Source: an uncultured delta proteobacterium (GTDB taxonomy: Bacteria > Myxococcota > Myxococcia > Myxococcales > Myxococcaceae). From it: a stretch of DNA of 64,000 nt. The stretch covers positions 32,001 through 96,000 of the forward strand of contig CAVYSY010000047.1 of NCBI GenBank assembly GCA_963771175.1. The letters are read 5' to 3'. The notes under the pieces were generated by a model, which was not told the DNA's origin, ran no database searches, and saw nothing but the letters and a program-made list of their open reading frames with translations. Below, in pieces: positions 14,746-24,350 of this stretch (position 1 is the stretch's first letter; each line of letters opens with the position of its first letter). The position numbers were made by a program, and so were the translations under genes.

Positions 14746-14758
14746 TCGAGGTTGCCGG

Positions 14759-15098
14759 ATGACGCTCTCCACCGAAGACCGCTTCAACATCGAGGTCATC
14801 AAGCTGCTGCTCCAGGTCGCCTGGGTCGACCGCGAGCTCTCCCAGTCCGAGCGCCTGGTCATCATGGGCCTGGGCCGGAGCTGGAGCGTGCCCGAGGGGG
14901 AGCTGAACACCCTGCTGGACGTCCTCAAGGCCGGCGGCAGCCATGCCCGAGCCCGACCTGGAGGTGCTGCGCACGCGCCCGGACGACGTCCTGGAGGCCG
15001 CGCGCGCGATGTGCGTCTCCGACGGTCAGCTCGCCCAGGGCGAGAAGGCCCTGCTCGAGCGCATCACCGGCCTGCTCGGCGCCCCGAAGCAGGGCTGA
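14759..15098 (+). CDS. TerB-like small helical protein (one frameshift near 14941)
   Basis: Two TerB-like motifs, VAWVDRELSQSE and MCVSDGQLAQGE; stop TGA 15096-15098. Confidence 0.6.
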
Positions 15099-15122
15099 GC
15101 CAAGCGGAGGCCCGGGCGGGGC

Positions 15123-15542
15123 TCAGGCCACCGCCGGCTTCGCCGTGGGCGCCAGGTGCACGTTGATGTTCTGCGTGCCCGTCACCCCCAGGAACGTCTC
15201 CACGCTGCCCTTGCCGCCCTGCTCGAAGGTGATGACCTGCGAGCGCGAGCCGTACTTCGCCTCGATGGTCAGCTTGTTGCTGGTGGCGGTGTACGTGGCC
15301 TGCGCCGCCCTGTTGCCGTTGAGGCTGAGCTCGGCCTTGCCATCCTCGAGCAGCTTCAGCGTGAGCGACAGTTCCCCCTTGTAGAAGACCGTGTCGATCT
15401 TCCCCTTGAAGGCCGCCTGGGTGGAGCCCAGGTCCAGGAACTCGCCGCTGCCCACGTTCACGAAGAAGAGAACCTGTGCGAGGACGTTCAGCTTCGTGCC
15501 CGCCGCGGTGCCACGCCCGATGAAGTTGCGAAGGTCGACCAT
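15123..15542 (-). CDS. Hypothetical beta-rich protein, 139 aa
   Basis: Clean ORF with protein-like composition and GC3-biased codons. Confidence 0.65.
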   Translation of the reverse strand: MVDLRNFIGRGTAAGTKLNVLAQVLFFVNVGSGEFLDLGSTQAAFKGKIDTVFYKGELSLTLKLLEDGKAELSLNGNRAAQATYTATSNKLTIEAKYGSRSQVITFEQGGKGSVETFLGVTGTQNINVHLAPTAKPAVA

Positions 15543-15728
15543 GTTGTGCTCGTACGATGTCGCGATGAGAAGCGGGCTTCAGCTCCCGCCAGGATCGCGC
15601 GCATCGTAAGCGAGGCCCCCCGCCCCCGCCGGGCTTTCACACCGGGCGGCGACCCGCGCCGGGAGGGCCGCCTGCTCTGGGAGCGGGCCTCGCGCGCCCG
15701 CTCGCCCACCAGGGACCCACCGGCTCAC

Positions 15729-16349
15729 TCACTGGACATCGGCCTTCCCGCCCAGGGCCACGTTGCGCGGCCGGGCGAAGCGGGCCAGCGAGACGGTGGG
15801 CGAGTAGGTGTTCGTCGTGTTCACCAGCATCAGCGTCATCAGCGCGGCCCTCTCGCCGAGCGGTCGCTCCATCAGGGGCGCGGGGAAGGCCACCTGGAGA
15901 TCCGCCTCCAACGGCCCGCCGCAGCTCCGCCGCCCCGAGTACCCGGCCTCGGTGCGCTTGAGGACGTAGCCGCAGCCCCCCACGTGACCGTGGAGCCAGT
16001 CCTTCTCCACGATGAAGTCCACCGACGCGCCGCCGAAGATGCCCGAGACGCGCGTGTCATCGCCCTCGGCGAGCTCCAGGTACGTGCCGCAGTTCCCCAC
16101 CGCCCCGGAGATCTCCTGGTAGTTCCACTTCAGGGACACCGGCATGTCGCGGAAGCGGCCACGCATCGCGTCATCCGAGACGACCAGGGACGAGGTGGGG
16201 CCGGTGATCGCCGAGCCCTGAACCAGGAGCGGCTCGCCCGCGGGCTGTCCCAGGGGTAGCGCCGGCTCTCCAGCGCGTGAAGCGGAACCGGTGCTCGCAC
16301 AACCAGCGCCGAGGATGATGAGACTCGACAGCAACATCAGACGCGACAT
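15729..16349 (-). CDS. Hypothetical lipoprotein
   Basis: MSRLMLLSSLIILGAGC lipobox; Cys pairs; clean ORF. Confidence 0.7.
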   Translation of the reverse strand: MSRLMLLSSLIILGAGCASTGSASRAGEPALPLGQPAGEPLLVQGSAITGPTSSLVVSDDAMRGRFRDMPVSLKWNYQEISGAVGNCGTYLELAEGDDTRVSGIFGGASVDFIVEKDWLHGHVGGCGYVLKRTEAGYSGRRSCGGPLEADLQVAFPAPLMERPLGERAALMTLMLVNTTNTYSPTVSLARFARPRNVALGGKADVQ

Positions 16350-16530
16350 GACAGACCCCTGGGTATCTGGAGGTTTCACCCGGAGAACGCAGGGGCGGGA
16401 AACGGCATATCGGCGGGCCCCGGCGCGAAAAAAATTCGGGGAAATACGGAATGAAATCCGGCACGCAACTCACCGCCTACCCGCGCGGACAATTCAGCAG
16501 TCCATCCCCTCAAGCGCCCCGAGGTCCCCC

Positions 16531-17580
16531 ATGTCCAACATTTCTCGCGCCTCCCGCTCCCCGGCCCACGGTGGCCTGTCCCGAGCCCAAGGCCACGACA
16601 AGACCCACGGGCCGCACCACGAGAAGCACGCCCACAAGGCCGGCTCCCGCGAGGACAAGCTCCAGCGGCTGGCCGAGGCCCTCAAGCAGGACGGAGCCGG
16701 GCGTGCCGGTGAGGCGAACGGCAAGAAGGGGCACAAGTACGAGGCCGACCAGGGCGACACCCTCAAGCTCATCGCCGAGCTGCTCAAGTCCCTGGGCTTC
16801 CCGGGCTCGGTCGAGGACATCGTCAACCAACTCAAGTCCCTCAACCCCCAGCTCAAGGACGGGAAGCTGAACGCGGGTCAGCCGCTGCGCCTGCCCAGCC
16901 CGGGCGGCATCAACGGGGACAGCACCTTCACCCCGGCGCCGAGCCGCTCCGGTCCGGACCTCGGCAGCCCCGTCTCCTCCGCTCCGGCGGCGCCCTCGAC
17001 CAGCCCGTCCTCGCCGCTGTCGGGCACCTCCGGCTCCGCCCCCATCTCCGGCGGCCAGCACGTGGTGGGCCGTGACCTGCCCTACATCAGCCAGCTCAAC
17101 CCGGTGGGCGCGGAGGGCGGCTACACCAACGGCGCCATGAACTGCGGCCCGACCGCCATGGCGATGATCGCCCGCGGCATGGGCTTCGGCGAGGGCATGA
17201 CGGATGCCCAGCTCATCAACTACCTGGGCCAGATGGGCGGGACGACGGCCGGGGGCACCACCACCAACGGTATCGCCGCCATGGCCCAGGCCATGGGCAC
17301 CAACGCGCAGATCCACCAGGGCACGGACGTGTCGTGGATGGCGGAGCAGCTCCGCCAGGGCAAGCAGGTCGTCGCGCTCGGTGACTACCACGCCATGCCG
17401 CCGCACCAGGACGAGTCCCGCACCTCCGGCCACTTCGTGACCGTCACCGGCATGGACGCCAACGGCAACTTCCTGGTGCGCGACCCGGCCGACCCGAACG
17501 TGCGCACCGTCAGCCCCGAGCAGATGGCCCACTTCCTCGGCTCGCACGAGGCCGGTGGCCACCAGATTGCGGTCGGCTGA
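16531..17580 (+). CDS. LysM-like domain plus C39-like (papain-fold) peptidase
   Basis: YEADQGDTLKLIA...LNPQL...LNAGQPLRLP (LysM-like); PYISQ, NCGPTAMAM, GHFVTVTG, VRDPA (C39 Q-C-H-D motifs). Confidence 0.8.
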   Translation: MSNISRASRSPAHGGLSRAQGHDKTHGPHHEKHAHKAGSREDKLQRLAEALKQDGAGRAGEANGKKGHKYEADQGDTLKLIAELLKSLGFPGSVEDIVNQLKSLNPQLKDGKLNAGQPLRLPSPGGINGDSTFTPAPSRSGPDLGSPVSSAPAAPSTSPSSPLSGTSGSAPISGGQHVVGRDLPYISQLNPVGAEGGYTNGAMNCGPTAMAMIARGMGFGEGMTDAQLINYLGQMGGTTAGGTTTNGIAAMAQAMGTNAQIHQGTDVSWMAEQLRQGKQVVALGDYHAMPPHQDESRTSGHFVTVTGMDANGNFLVRDPADPNVRTVSPEQMAHFLGSHEAGGHQIAVG

Positions 17581-17602
17581 GCGCATCCTCTAGGGTTGGC
17601 CC

Positions 17603-17821
17603 ATGACCACCCAGAAGAACGCGGCGAACAAAGAGGTGTGCCTCTCCTGTAAGCGGGAGGCCTCACCCCAGCTTATCGGTGCCTGGTACAACGCCAAGGG
17701 CTCCAACGGGATGCTCGTCTCCTTCTGGATGTGCAACCCGTGCGCGATTCCCCTCGGCGTGAGCCAGGGCGCCATCGACATGGAAGGCGTGGGAAAGCCC
17801 GCCGCCGGTCAGAAGAAGTAA
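17603..17821 (+). CDS. Small protein with two CxxC motifs (possible Zn ribbon), 72 aa
   Basis: CLSC and CNPC; starts 22 nt after the peptidase stop. Confidence 0.5.
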   Translation: MTTQKNAANKEVCLSCKREASPQLIGAWYNAKGSNGMLVSFWMCNPCAIPLGVSQGAIDMEGVGKPAAGQKK

Positions 17822-17878
17822 CGCGCCCCGCCCGGGCTCAGCGCCGGTGCCGCTCCACGCGTACCGCGGAGCGGCCCG

Positions 17879-18847
17879 CTACTCGGCCGGGATGAGGAAG
17901 TCCTTGATGACGGCCATGTGCTGCATGTTGGTGGCACCGCTGTCGGTGCTCAGCGCCGGGGAGATGTCCGAGAGTGGCGAGTACACGCGCGTGTCCACTA
18001 CGAGGCCCGCGCTGAAGGAGCTGGAGCCGATGACGGTGGACGTCTGGTAGGCGCGCAGGTCCGAGTCCACGAGCACATGGTCGTACGGCTTGGCGCGGGT
18101 GGCGTTGGTGTTGCCGTTGCCGTTCTTGTCGACCGGGTACGGGCCGCTGGTGGTCACCACCTGGCTGAAGGTGCTGAAGCAGCTCTCGGTGCGGGTGCCG
18201 GTGTTGAGGTCCCCGCCGATGGCCAGGTAGTCGCCCGCGGGGATCTTCGACTTGATGAACGACACCAGCGAGGTGGCCTCGTTGTTGCGCGTGGTGGCGT
18301 CCGAGGTGAGCAGATGCACGCTCACCACCCAGAGGTCCTTGGGCCCCGGCACGTCGATGCGCGCCCAGGCGAAGTCGCGGTTGGTGACGTACGGGTCATC
18401 CCACTCGCCCGAGGCGAGGATGGGCCAGCGGCTGATGACGCCGTTCGGAATCTGCGCGCCGGCCTCGCGGTAGAAGGAGAAGCTCGTCCCGAACGCCGTA
18501 TCCACGAAGCCCCGGATGGCGCTGGCCGAGTTGTCGCCGTAGTTGAACTCCTGAATCATCACCACGTCCGGCTTCGTGCCCTGGAAGATGCGGAGGCCGT
18601 GGCCGGGGTCATAGCTCTGGTAGTTGCCGCTGGAGGTATTGGCGGCCATCAGCCGCACCCGGGCGGTGATGAGCAAGGACTCGGGGGAGGTGGCCTCGGG
18701 GGAGGTGGCCTCGGGGGAGACCTCGTTGCCCGGCTGGGGCTCGACGTCCGTGCCGACACCGCACGCCGAGAGTGAGAGGGTGAACAGGGAGAGCAGCAGC
18801 TTGGAACCGAAGCGGGTCTTCTTCGAGAGGGGGGAGAGCTGGCGCAT
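17879..18847 (-). CDS. Endonuclease/exonuclease/phosphatase (EEP) family lipoprotein
   Basis: MAANTS, PDVVMIQE, SVHL, GGDLN, YDHVL, QHMAV; lipobox LSAC; SPEAT 15-bp repeats at 18681-18719. Confidence 0.85.
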   Translation of the reverse strand: MRQLSPLSKKTRFGSKLLLSLFTLSLSACGVGTDVEPQPGNEVSPEATSPEATSPESLLITARVRLMAANTSSGNYQSYDPGHGLRIFQGTKPDVVMIQEFNYGDNSASAIRGFVDTAFGTSFSFYREAGAQIPNGVISRWPILASGEWDDPYVTNRDFAWARIDVPGPKDLWVVSVHLLTSDATTRNNEATSLVSFIKSKIPAGDYLAIGGDLNTGTRTESCFSTFSQVVTTSGPYPVDKNGNGNTNATRAKPYDHVLVDSDLRAYQTSTVIGSSSFSAGLVVDTRVYSPLSDISPALSTDSGATNMQHMAVIKDFLIPAE

Positions 18848-19009
18848 GAGTTCCATCCTGTCCGCGGGAGTGTGGCGCGAGGGGAAGGCTACGCGCAAAC
18901 CCCGGCAAGCCACAGGTGTGTGTCAACGGATGGAGGCCGCACGGGTTCGTTCCCGGCGGCCTCAACCCTGTCGCACCTCGGCGCGAGCGCCTCGTGGGCA
19001 GGTGGAGAC

Positions 19010-20155
19010 TCAGTTGGACTCGGGCTCCGGGGCCAGGCCATGGCAGGTGGCCGGCATGGCATCGAGGCGTCCGTACAGGCCGTGCGTCTCGTCATCCGGA
19101 CCCGACGTGAAGAACAGCGTCTCGGTGGGCTGGTTCAGCACGCCGTTGCCGAAGCTCAAGCCCCACAGGCCATCGATCTTGATGGGCTTCCCGTCGGGCC
19201 GCTCCAGCCGTCCCTCGCAGTGACCATTCTGCGGATCGTAGACGTTGATGATGCCGTCGCCGAAGTTGCCCACCAGCAGCTTGTTGCCGAACTTCCCGAA
19301 GCTGGCGGGCGCCAGCGCCAGGCCCCAGGGCGCGTTCAGCTTGCCGCGAGAGATGAGCCGCCGGACGAGGCGGCCGTTCGTGTCGAAGATGTTGACGTAG
19401 CCAAGCCCCTTGCCGGTGACATCATCCTCCCGGTCCTCGTCCTGCTTGGCGTAGGTCACGTAGAGGGCGCCGTTGATGTTCTGGATGCCGAAGGGCGCGA
19501 AGCCGGCGGGAATGGTCGGGTCCGAGAACGAGCCCGACAGCGTGGCCGGCGCGAACGTCCTGTCGAAGACGTCGATCTTCCCGTTGTGGAAGTCCGTCGC
19601 GTACAGGAAGAAGCCCGTGCCGTTGCCCGCGAGGGCGAGGCCCTTGTAGATGGCGCCCGACGCGGAGTTGTCCACGGCGAGGATGGCGTGGGTGAGATCG
19701 ACACCCGGAGACCAGCCCGAGATGGTCCCGTCCTCGGTCGCGAAGATGAAGCGGCTGGGGCCAGAGGCCCCGCCACTGGTGACGACGAAATCCGCCGAGA
19801 CGCTGAAGACGATGCCGGTCGGGCTGCCCGTGCCCGTGTTGCCCGGAGCCGTCGGGATGGAGACGACGAGGCTCTCGGGAACACCGTCCCCGGTATAGAG
19901 CGTCGAGACGCCCGTCTTGTTGTCGGAGACCCACACGTCGCCCACGGGGTTGAATGCGATGCCCCACGGATTGACCAGGTTCGGGTCAACGTGCGCGGCG
20001 AACCCCGGCCTGTCCGCGACGAGGTTGCGCTGCACGTAGGCGTTGGGCGCCCGGCACGAGTTCTCCGCGGCGCTCACCGCGGGCACCAGGGACGCGGCGA
20101 GCGTCAGTGCCAGGACAGGGCTCCGCCACGACAGTCGATTGAATGAAGCCTTCAT
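19010..20155 (-). CDS. TIGR03118-family secreted beta-propeller protein
   Basis: DPNLVNPWGIA, GSPTGIVF, FIFATEDGTISGW, AIYKGLA, LNAPWGLA, IDGLWGL; signal peptide. Confidence 0.88.
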   Translation of the reverse strand: MKASFNRLSWRSPVLALTLAASLVPAVSAAENSCRAPNAYVQRNLVADRPGFAAHVDPNLVNPWGIAFNPVGDVWVSDNKTGVSTLYTGDGVPESLVVSIPTAPGNTGTGSPTGIVFSVSADFVVTSGGASGPSRFIFATEDGTISGWSPGVDLTHAILAVDNSASGAIYKGLALAGNGTGFFLYATDFHNGKIDVFDRTFAPATLSGSFSDPTIPAGFAPFGIQNINGALYVTYAKQDEDREDDVTGKGLGYVNIFDTNGRLVRRLISRGKLNAPWGLALAPASFGKFGNKLLVGNFGDGIINVYDPQNGHCEGRLERPDGKPIKIDGLWGLSFGNGVLNQPTETLFFTSGPDDETHGLYGRLDAMPATCHGLAPEPESN

Positions 20156-20460
20156 GTGTCTCCCCCCTCACGAGGCAGCCAGGATGGCGGCCTCGACGGA
20201 CGGGAACCTGGGGGTAGACACGGGGGCCGACAACCGGCCCTGGAGAACGTGAGCGCGGAGGAAGGCCCCTCGCCCCACCCGCGAGGGTGAGCCCCGAAAT
20301 CCCCCCAGCAGGGGCACCGCCGCGCGCCTGGAATACGAGCGGACAGGCGGGGCCCTGTGCTTGTTGCCCTGTCTTCCCGTGCACATCTCGGAGACGACGA
20401 CGGCCGCATGGGACGGCGGGTCAGGGTCCCGCTCGCGGCCACTCGGGGGAGCGACGAGCG

Positions 20461-20820
20461 ATGCGAAAGGCAATCGTGGGCGCGGTGCTGCTGCTGGGAC
20501 TGGTCGGCTGTGCCACGGCGCGGCCGGTGCCAACGGAGCAGTTGGTGGACTCGGAGGTCTCCATCCGCCAGGCGGAGGAAGCCGGAGCCGCGCAGGTGCC
20601 GGACGCGGCGCGCCACCTGCAGTGGGCCCAGGAGCAGACGCGAGAGGCGCGCAGGCTGCTCGAGAAGAACAAGCGCGACCAGGCGGCGCTCTACCTGAAG
20701 CGGGCCGAGGCGGACGCGGAGCTGGCCCTCGCCCTGGCCCGTGAGGCCCCGGCTCGCGCCGAGGCCGAGCGCGTGCGTCAGCAGGTGCAGCAGCTCCAGC
20801 AACAGAACACGGTGCAGTAG
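20461..20820 (+). CDS. DUF4398-domain lipoprotein
   Basis: Lipobox LVGC; AEEAGA...RAEADAELALALAR. Confidence 0.8.
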   Translation: MRKAIVGAVLLLGLVGCATARPVPTEQLVDSEVSIRQAEEAGAAQVPDAARHLQWAQEQTREARRLLEKNKRDQAALYLKRAEADAELALALAREAPARAEAERVRQQVQQLQQQNTVQ

Positions 20821-20871
20821 CCACGGACACACGGAAGGCGCATCGAGCAATCGATGCCGGAGGACACGGTC

Positions 20872-22023
20872 ATGTGGGGATGGAAGCGTCTGACGTGGGG
20901 CGTGCTTGGCGCCGCTGTCATCGCGGGATGCGCGGCGAGCACCCCGCGCGAGCTGCTGGATGCGCGCTATGCCTATCAAAAGGCCTCCACGGGGCCCGCG
21001 GCCCAGTACAGCCCCGAGTACCTCGCCGAGGCACGCGAGGCGCTCGATGCGGCCAACCGCTCCTTCGAAAGCGAGCGGGACTCGGAGCGCACACGCTCGC
21101 TGGCGTACATCGCGCTGCGCAAGGCCCAGACCGCCGAGACGCGCGCCCAGCTCGCCCTCTCCGAGCAGGAGCGCCAGCTCGCGGAGCATCAGCTCGCCGC
21201 GGCCCGCTACTCCGACCAGGAGCGCATGCGCCAGGAGCTGGACAAAGCACGCGCCGAGCTCGCCGAGGCCCAACGCATCCGCGAGGAGGCGGAGCAGCGG
21301 CAGGCCCAGCTCCAGCAGGAGCAGCAAGCGGCGGCACAGCAGGCGGCACAGCAGCAGGAGGTGGAGCGGGCCCAACGCGAGGAGGAGGAACGACAGGCGC
21401 GGCTCGCCGAGGCCCAGGCGCACATGGACCAGCTCAACACCCAGCTCGAGCAGGAGCGCCAGGCGCGTCTCCAGGCCGAGCAGCGCGCGACCCAGGCCGA
21501 GGCCGAGGCACGCGCCCAGGCGCAGGTCGCCCAGGAGTTGCGCAACATCCAGCAACTGCGCGTGACGGAGGAGCCGCGAGGGCTCGTGCTGACGCTCTCC
21601 GGCAGCGTGCTCTTCCGCTCGGGCAGCTCGGACCTGCTGCCGTCGGCGAAGCGGCGGCTCAATGAGGTGGCCGAGGCCCTGAAGAAGGCCCAGAACCCGC
21701 TGGTCATCGAGGGCCACACCGACAGCCAGGGCCCCGATGAGTTCAACGAGGAGCTCTCGCTCTCACGTGCCGACTCCGTGCGCGACTACCTCATCGACCA
21801 GGGCGTGGACAGCGAGCGCATCCGCACCACGGGCATGGGCGAGGCGCGCCCCATCGCCTCCAACAAGAACCCCGAGGGTCGCGCGAACAACCGCCGGGTG
21901 GAGATCGTCATCGAGCGCGGTGTGGGTGGTGCCGGTGCCCAGCAGGAGCAGGAGCAGGAACAGGAGCAGGCTCCGAGCACTCCAGAGCAGTCGGCCCCGG
22001 AGCAGCCCGTGCCGACGCCGTAA
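20872..22023 (+). CDS. DUF4398 + coiled-coil + OmpA-like peptidoglycan-binding lipoprotein
   Basis: Lipobox IAGC; IEGHTDSQG, NEELSLSRA, GRANNRRVEI; GGAGGA RBS. Confidence 0.9.
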   Translation: MWGWKRLTWGVLGAAVIAGCAASTPRELLDARYAYQKASTGPAAQYSPEYLAEAREALDAANRSFESERDSERTRSLAYIALRKAQTAETRAQLALSEQERQLAEHQLAAARYSDQERMRQELDKARAELAEAQRIREEAEQRQAQLQQEQQAAAQQAAQQQEVERAQREEEERQARLAEAQAHMDQLNTQLEQERQARLQAEQRATQAEAEARAQAQVAQELRNIQQLRVTEEPRGLVLTLSGSVLFRSGSSDLLPSAKRRLNEVAEALKKAQNPLVIEGHTDSQGPDEFNEELSLSRADSVRDYLIDQGVDSERIRTTGMGEARPIASNKNPEGRANNRRVEIVIERGVGGAGAQQEQEQEQEQAPSTPEQSAPEQPVPTP

Positions 22024-22044
22024 GCCGCGCTGCGTTTTCAAATG

Positions 22045-22078
22045 AAACGGCCCCGCCACCTCGAGGGCAGCGGGGCCG
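22045..22078. terminator. Hairpin between convergent genes (probable terminator)
   Basis: CGGCCCCGC...GCGGGGCCG stem with AAA on its left. Confidence 0.55.
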
Positions 22079-22101
22079 ATGGCTACCGAACGGCGTGGGC
22101 C

Positions 22102-23313
22102 TTACGGCTTGGCCGGGGCGGCGGTGAGCTGCGAGGGGTGCGTGGGCACCTGGAGCTCACCGGAGACGATCTTGCCGCGCAGCTCCTCGACCTTCTGGAG
22201 GGCCTCGGCCTTGCCCGGGAAGTCCACGCGCACGGGAGCGTAGGTGACGCCGCCCTCCTTCAGGCCCAGCACCACGTCCCCGCCCTGGAGCTTGCCCTCG
22301 GCCAGGTCACGCACGGCCTCGTAGACGCCCAGGTCCACGCGCTTGATCATCGAGGTCAGCACCGCCTCCGGGGCCACGTGGGACTGGTCCGAGTCCACGC
22401 CGATGACGAACACGGGCTTGCCGGCGGCGCGCGCCTCCTTCACCGCCTGGATGACGCCCAGGCCGTCCGAGCCGGCCGCGTGGTAGACGATGTCCGCGCC
22501 CTTCGTCACCAGGTCCTGGCCCACCTGCTTGCCGGCGGCCACGTTGTCGAAGCTACCGGTGTAGTTCACCAGCACGGTGGCCTTGGGGTTGGTGGCGGCC
22601 ACGCCCGCGCGGAAACCGGCCTCGAACTTCTTGATGAGGGGCACCTCCATGCCGCCCACGAAGCCCACCTTGTTGTTCTTGGTGGTCAGGCCGGCCAGCG
22701 CGCCCACCAGGAAGCTGCCCTGCTCCTCGCGGTACATCACCGAGCGCACGTTGGGCAGGATGTAGGGCTTGCCCTCGGCATCGGCCAGGGTGCTGTCGAT
22801 GAGCAGGAACTTCGTGTCCGGGTTGCGCTTGGCCACCGTCTCCACGGCGTTCTCGAGCATGAAGCCCACGCCGATGGCCAGGGACACGCCCTGGTCCACC
22901 AGGAGCTGCAGGTTGGGCTCGTAGTCCTCCGGCACCTTGCTCTGCAGCACCACCGGGGTGACGCCCACCGGGGCGATGTTGCGCGAGGCCAGGTCCTGCT
23001 GGAGCGTCTCCTTCAGCTCCTCCGGGGTGGCGTCCTTGTAGCTGCCACCCTCCATCTTCTTGCCCGCGCCCCACAGCTCCAGGCCGCGCAGCGCCGAGTC
23101 GTTGAAGGAGTGGTCACCGCGGCCGCCCACGTCCGTCACGAGGCCAACCTTCAGCGCCTTCTCCTTCGGAGCGGCGGCCGGAGCGTTCACGGCGGCGGTG
23201 GTCTCTGCGGGCTTGGCGGCCTCGGGCTTCGCCTCCTCCTGCTTCTTGCAGGCGGACACGAGCAGCAGGCCAGACATCAGGGAGATGCGCAGGGCGGAGC
23301 GAGCAGTAGGCAT
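22102..23313 (-). CDS. BMP-family ABC transporter substrate-binding lipoprotein
   Basis: GGRGDHSFNDSALRG, EQGSFLVG, VIGVDSDQ, SMIKRVD; lipobox VSAC. Confidence 0.92.
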   Translation of the reverse strand: MPTARSALRISLMSGLLLVSACKKQEEAKPEAAKPAETTAAVNAPAAAPKEKALKVGLVTDVGGRGDHSFNDSALRGLELWGAGKKMEGGSYKDATPEELKETLQQDLASRNIAPVGVTPVVLQSKVPEDYEPNLQLLVDQGVSLAIGVGFMLENAVETVAKRNPDTKFLLIDSTLADAEGKPYILPNVRSVMYREEQGSFLVGALAGLTTKNNKVGFVGGMEVPLIKKFEAGFRAGVAATNPKATVLVNYTGSFDNVAAGKQVGQDLVTKGADIVYHAAGSDGLGVIQAVKEARAAGKPVFVIGVDSDQSHVAPEAVLTSMIKRVDLGVYEAVRDLAEGKLQGGDVVLGLKEGGVTYAPVRVDFPGKAEALQKVEELRGKIVSGELQVPTHPSQLTAAPAKP

Positions 23314-23351
23314 GGCGCGGCCTCTAGCAGAGCCGCGCCCTCCTCTTCAAG

Positions 23352-24281
23352 TCACGCCAGGAGTGCCGCGCCGATAAGACCACTGTCGTCGCCCAGCTCG
23401 GCATCGCTGATGAGCAGCCCCTCGCGCGAGGTGTTGGAGGCATAGGCCTGCACGCCCTCCAGCACGCGCCGCCGCATGCCCGGGCAGTGCGACAGCACGC
23501 CGCCTCCCAGGATGAGCCGCGCCGGGTTGAGCACCGTCACCTGGTTGGCCACGGCGAGAGCCAGCATGAGGCTGGCACGCTCGTAGATCTCCCGCGCCTC
23601 CAAATCACCCGCGTCCGCCGCCTGCTCCAGCATCACCGGCGTCACCCGGGAGGGGTCTCCGTCCGTCAGCTCCTTCAGGATGAGCGAGTGCCCGGTGGCC
23701 AGCAGCTCGCGCGTCTGCGCGATGAGGTTGTGGCCGCCCGCATACGCCTCCAGGCAGCCCAGCTCGCCGCAGCCGCACCGGCGCCCGTTGGGCACCACCT
23801 TGATGTGGCCCAGCTCGCCCGCCACGCCCCCGCCACCATTCACCAGCCTGCCGCCGGCGATGATGGCGCTGCCCACGCCCGAGCCCACGAACACCGTGAA
23901 CATGTCCAGGGCCCCGCGCCCGGCTCCGGCGTTGAGCTCGCCCCAGGCGGCGGCGGACAGGTCGTTCACCACCCGGACGCTGAAGCCGAGCCGCACCCGG
24001 AGCATTTCCCCCAGCGGCACGTTGCGCCAGCCGAGGTTGGGCGCCACCGCCAGCACACCCGACTCACCGTGGATCTGCCCGGCGGCACCCACGCCACACG
24101 CCGTCACCGGCATTCGGGCCGACGCCACCGCGGACTCCGCCGCGTGGGCGATGGACTCCACCACCGCGGAGGGGCTGCGCTCGCCGAGCGCGACCTTCGA
24201 GGCGACGATGATCTTCCCCTGCTCGTCCACCACCGCCGCGCGGGCGAACGTGCCTCCCAGGTCGATTCCGAGCGTGGGCAT
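23352..24281 (-). CDS. ROK-family sugar kinase (glucokinase-like)
   Basis: GIDLGGT, VVND, GELGH, CGCGELGCLE. Confidence 0.92.
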   Translation of the reverse strand: MPTLGIDLGGTFARAAVVDEQGKIIVASKVALGERSPSAVVESIAHAAESAVASARMPVTACGVGAAGQIHGESGVLAVAPNLGWRNVPLGEMLRVRLGFSVRVVNDLSAAAWGELNAGAGRGALDMFTVFVGSGVGSAIIAGGRLVNGGGGVAGELGHIKVVPNGRRCGCGELGCLEAYAGGHNLIAQTRELLATGHSLILKELTDGDPSRVTPVMLEQAADAGDLEAREIYERASLMLALAVANQVTVLNPARLILGGGVLSHCPGMRRRVLEGVQAYASNTSREGLLISDAELGDDSGLIGAALLA

Positions 24282-24350
24282 GTGGGTCCTCCGGTCGGGC
24301 AATCAGCCCTTGAGCATGGAGACGAGAGCCGCGAGGCAGGTGCGCCTGCC

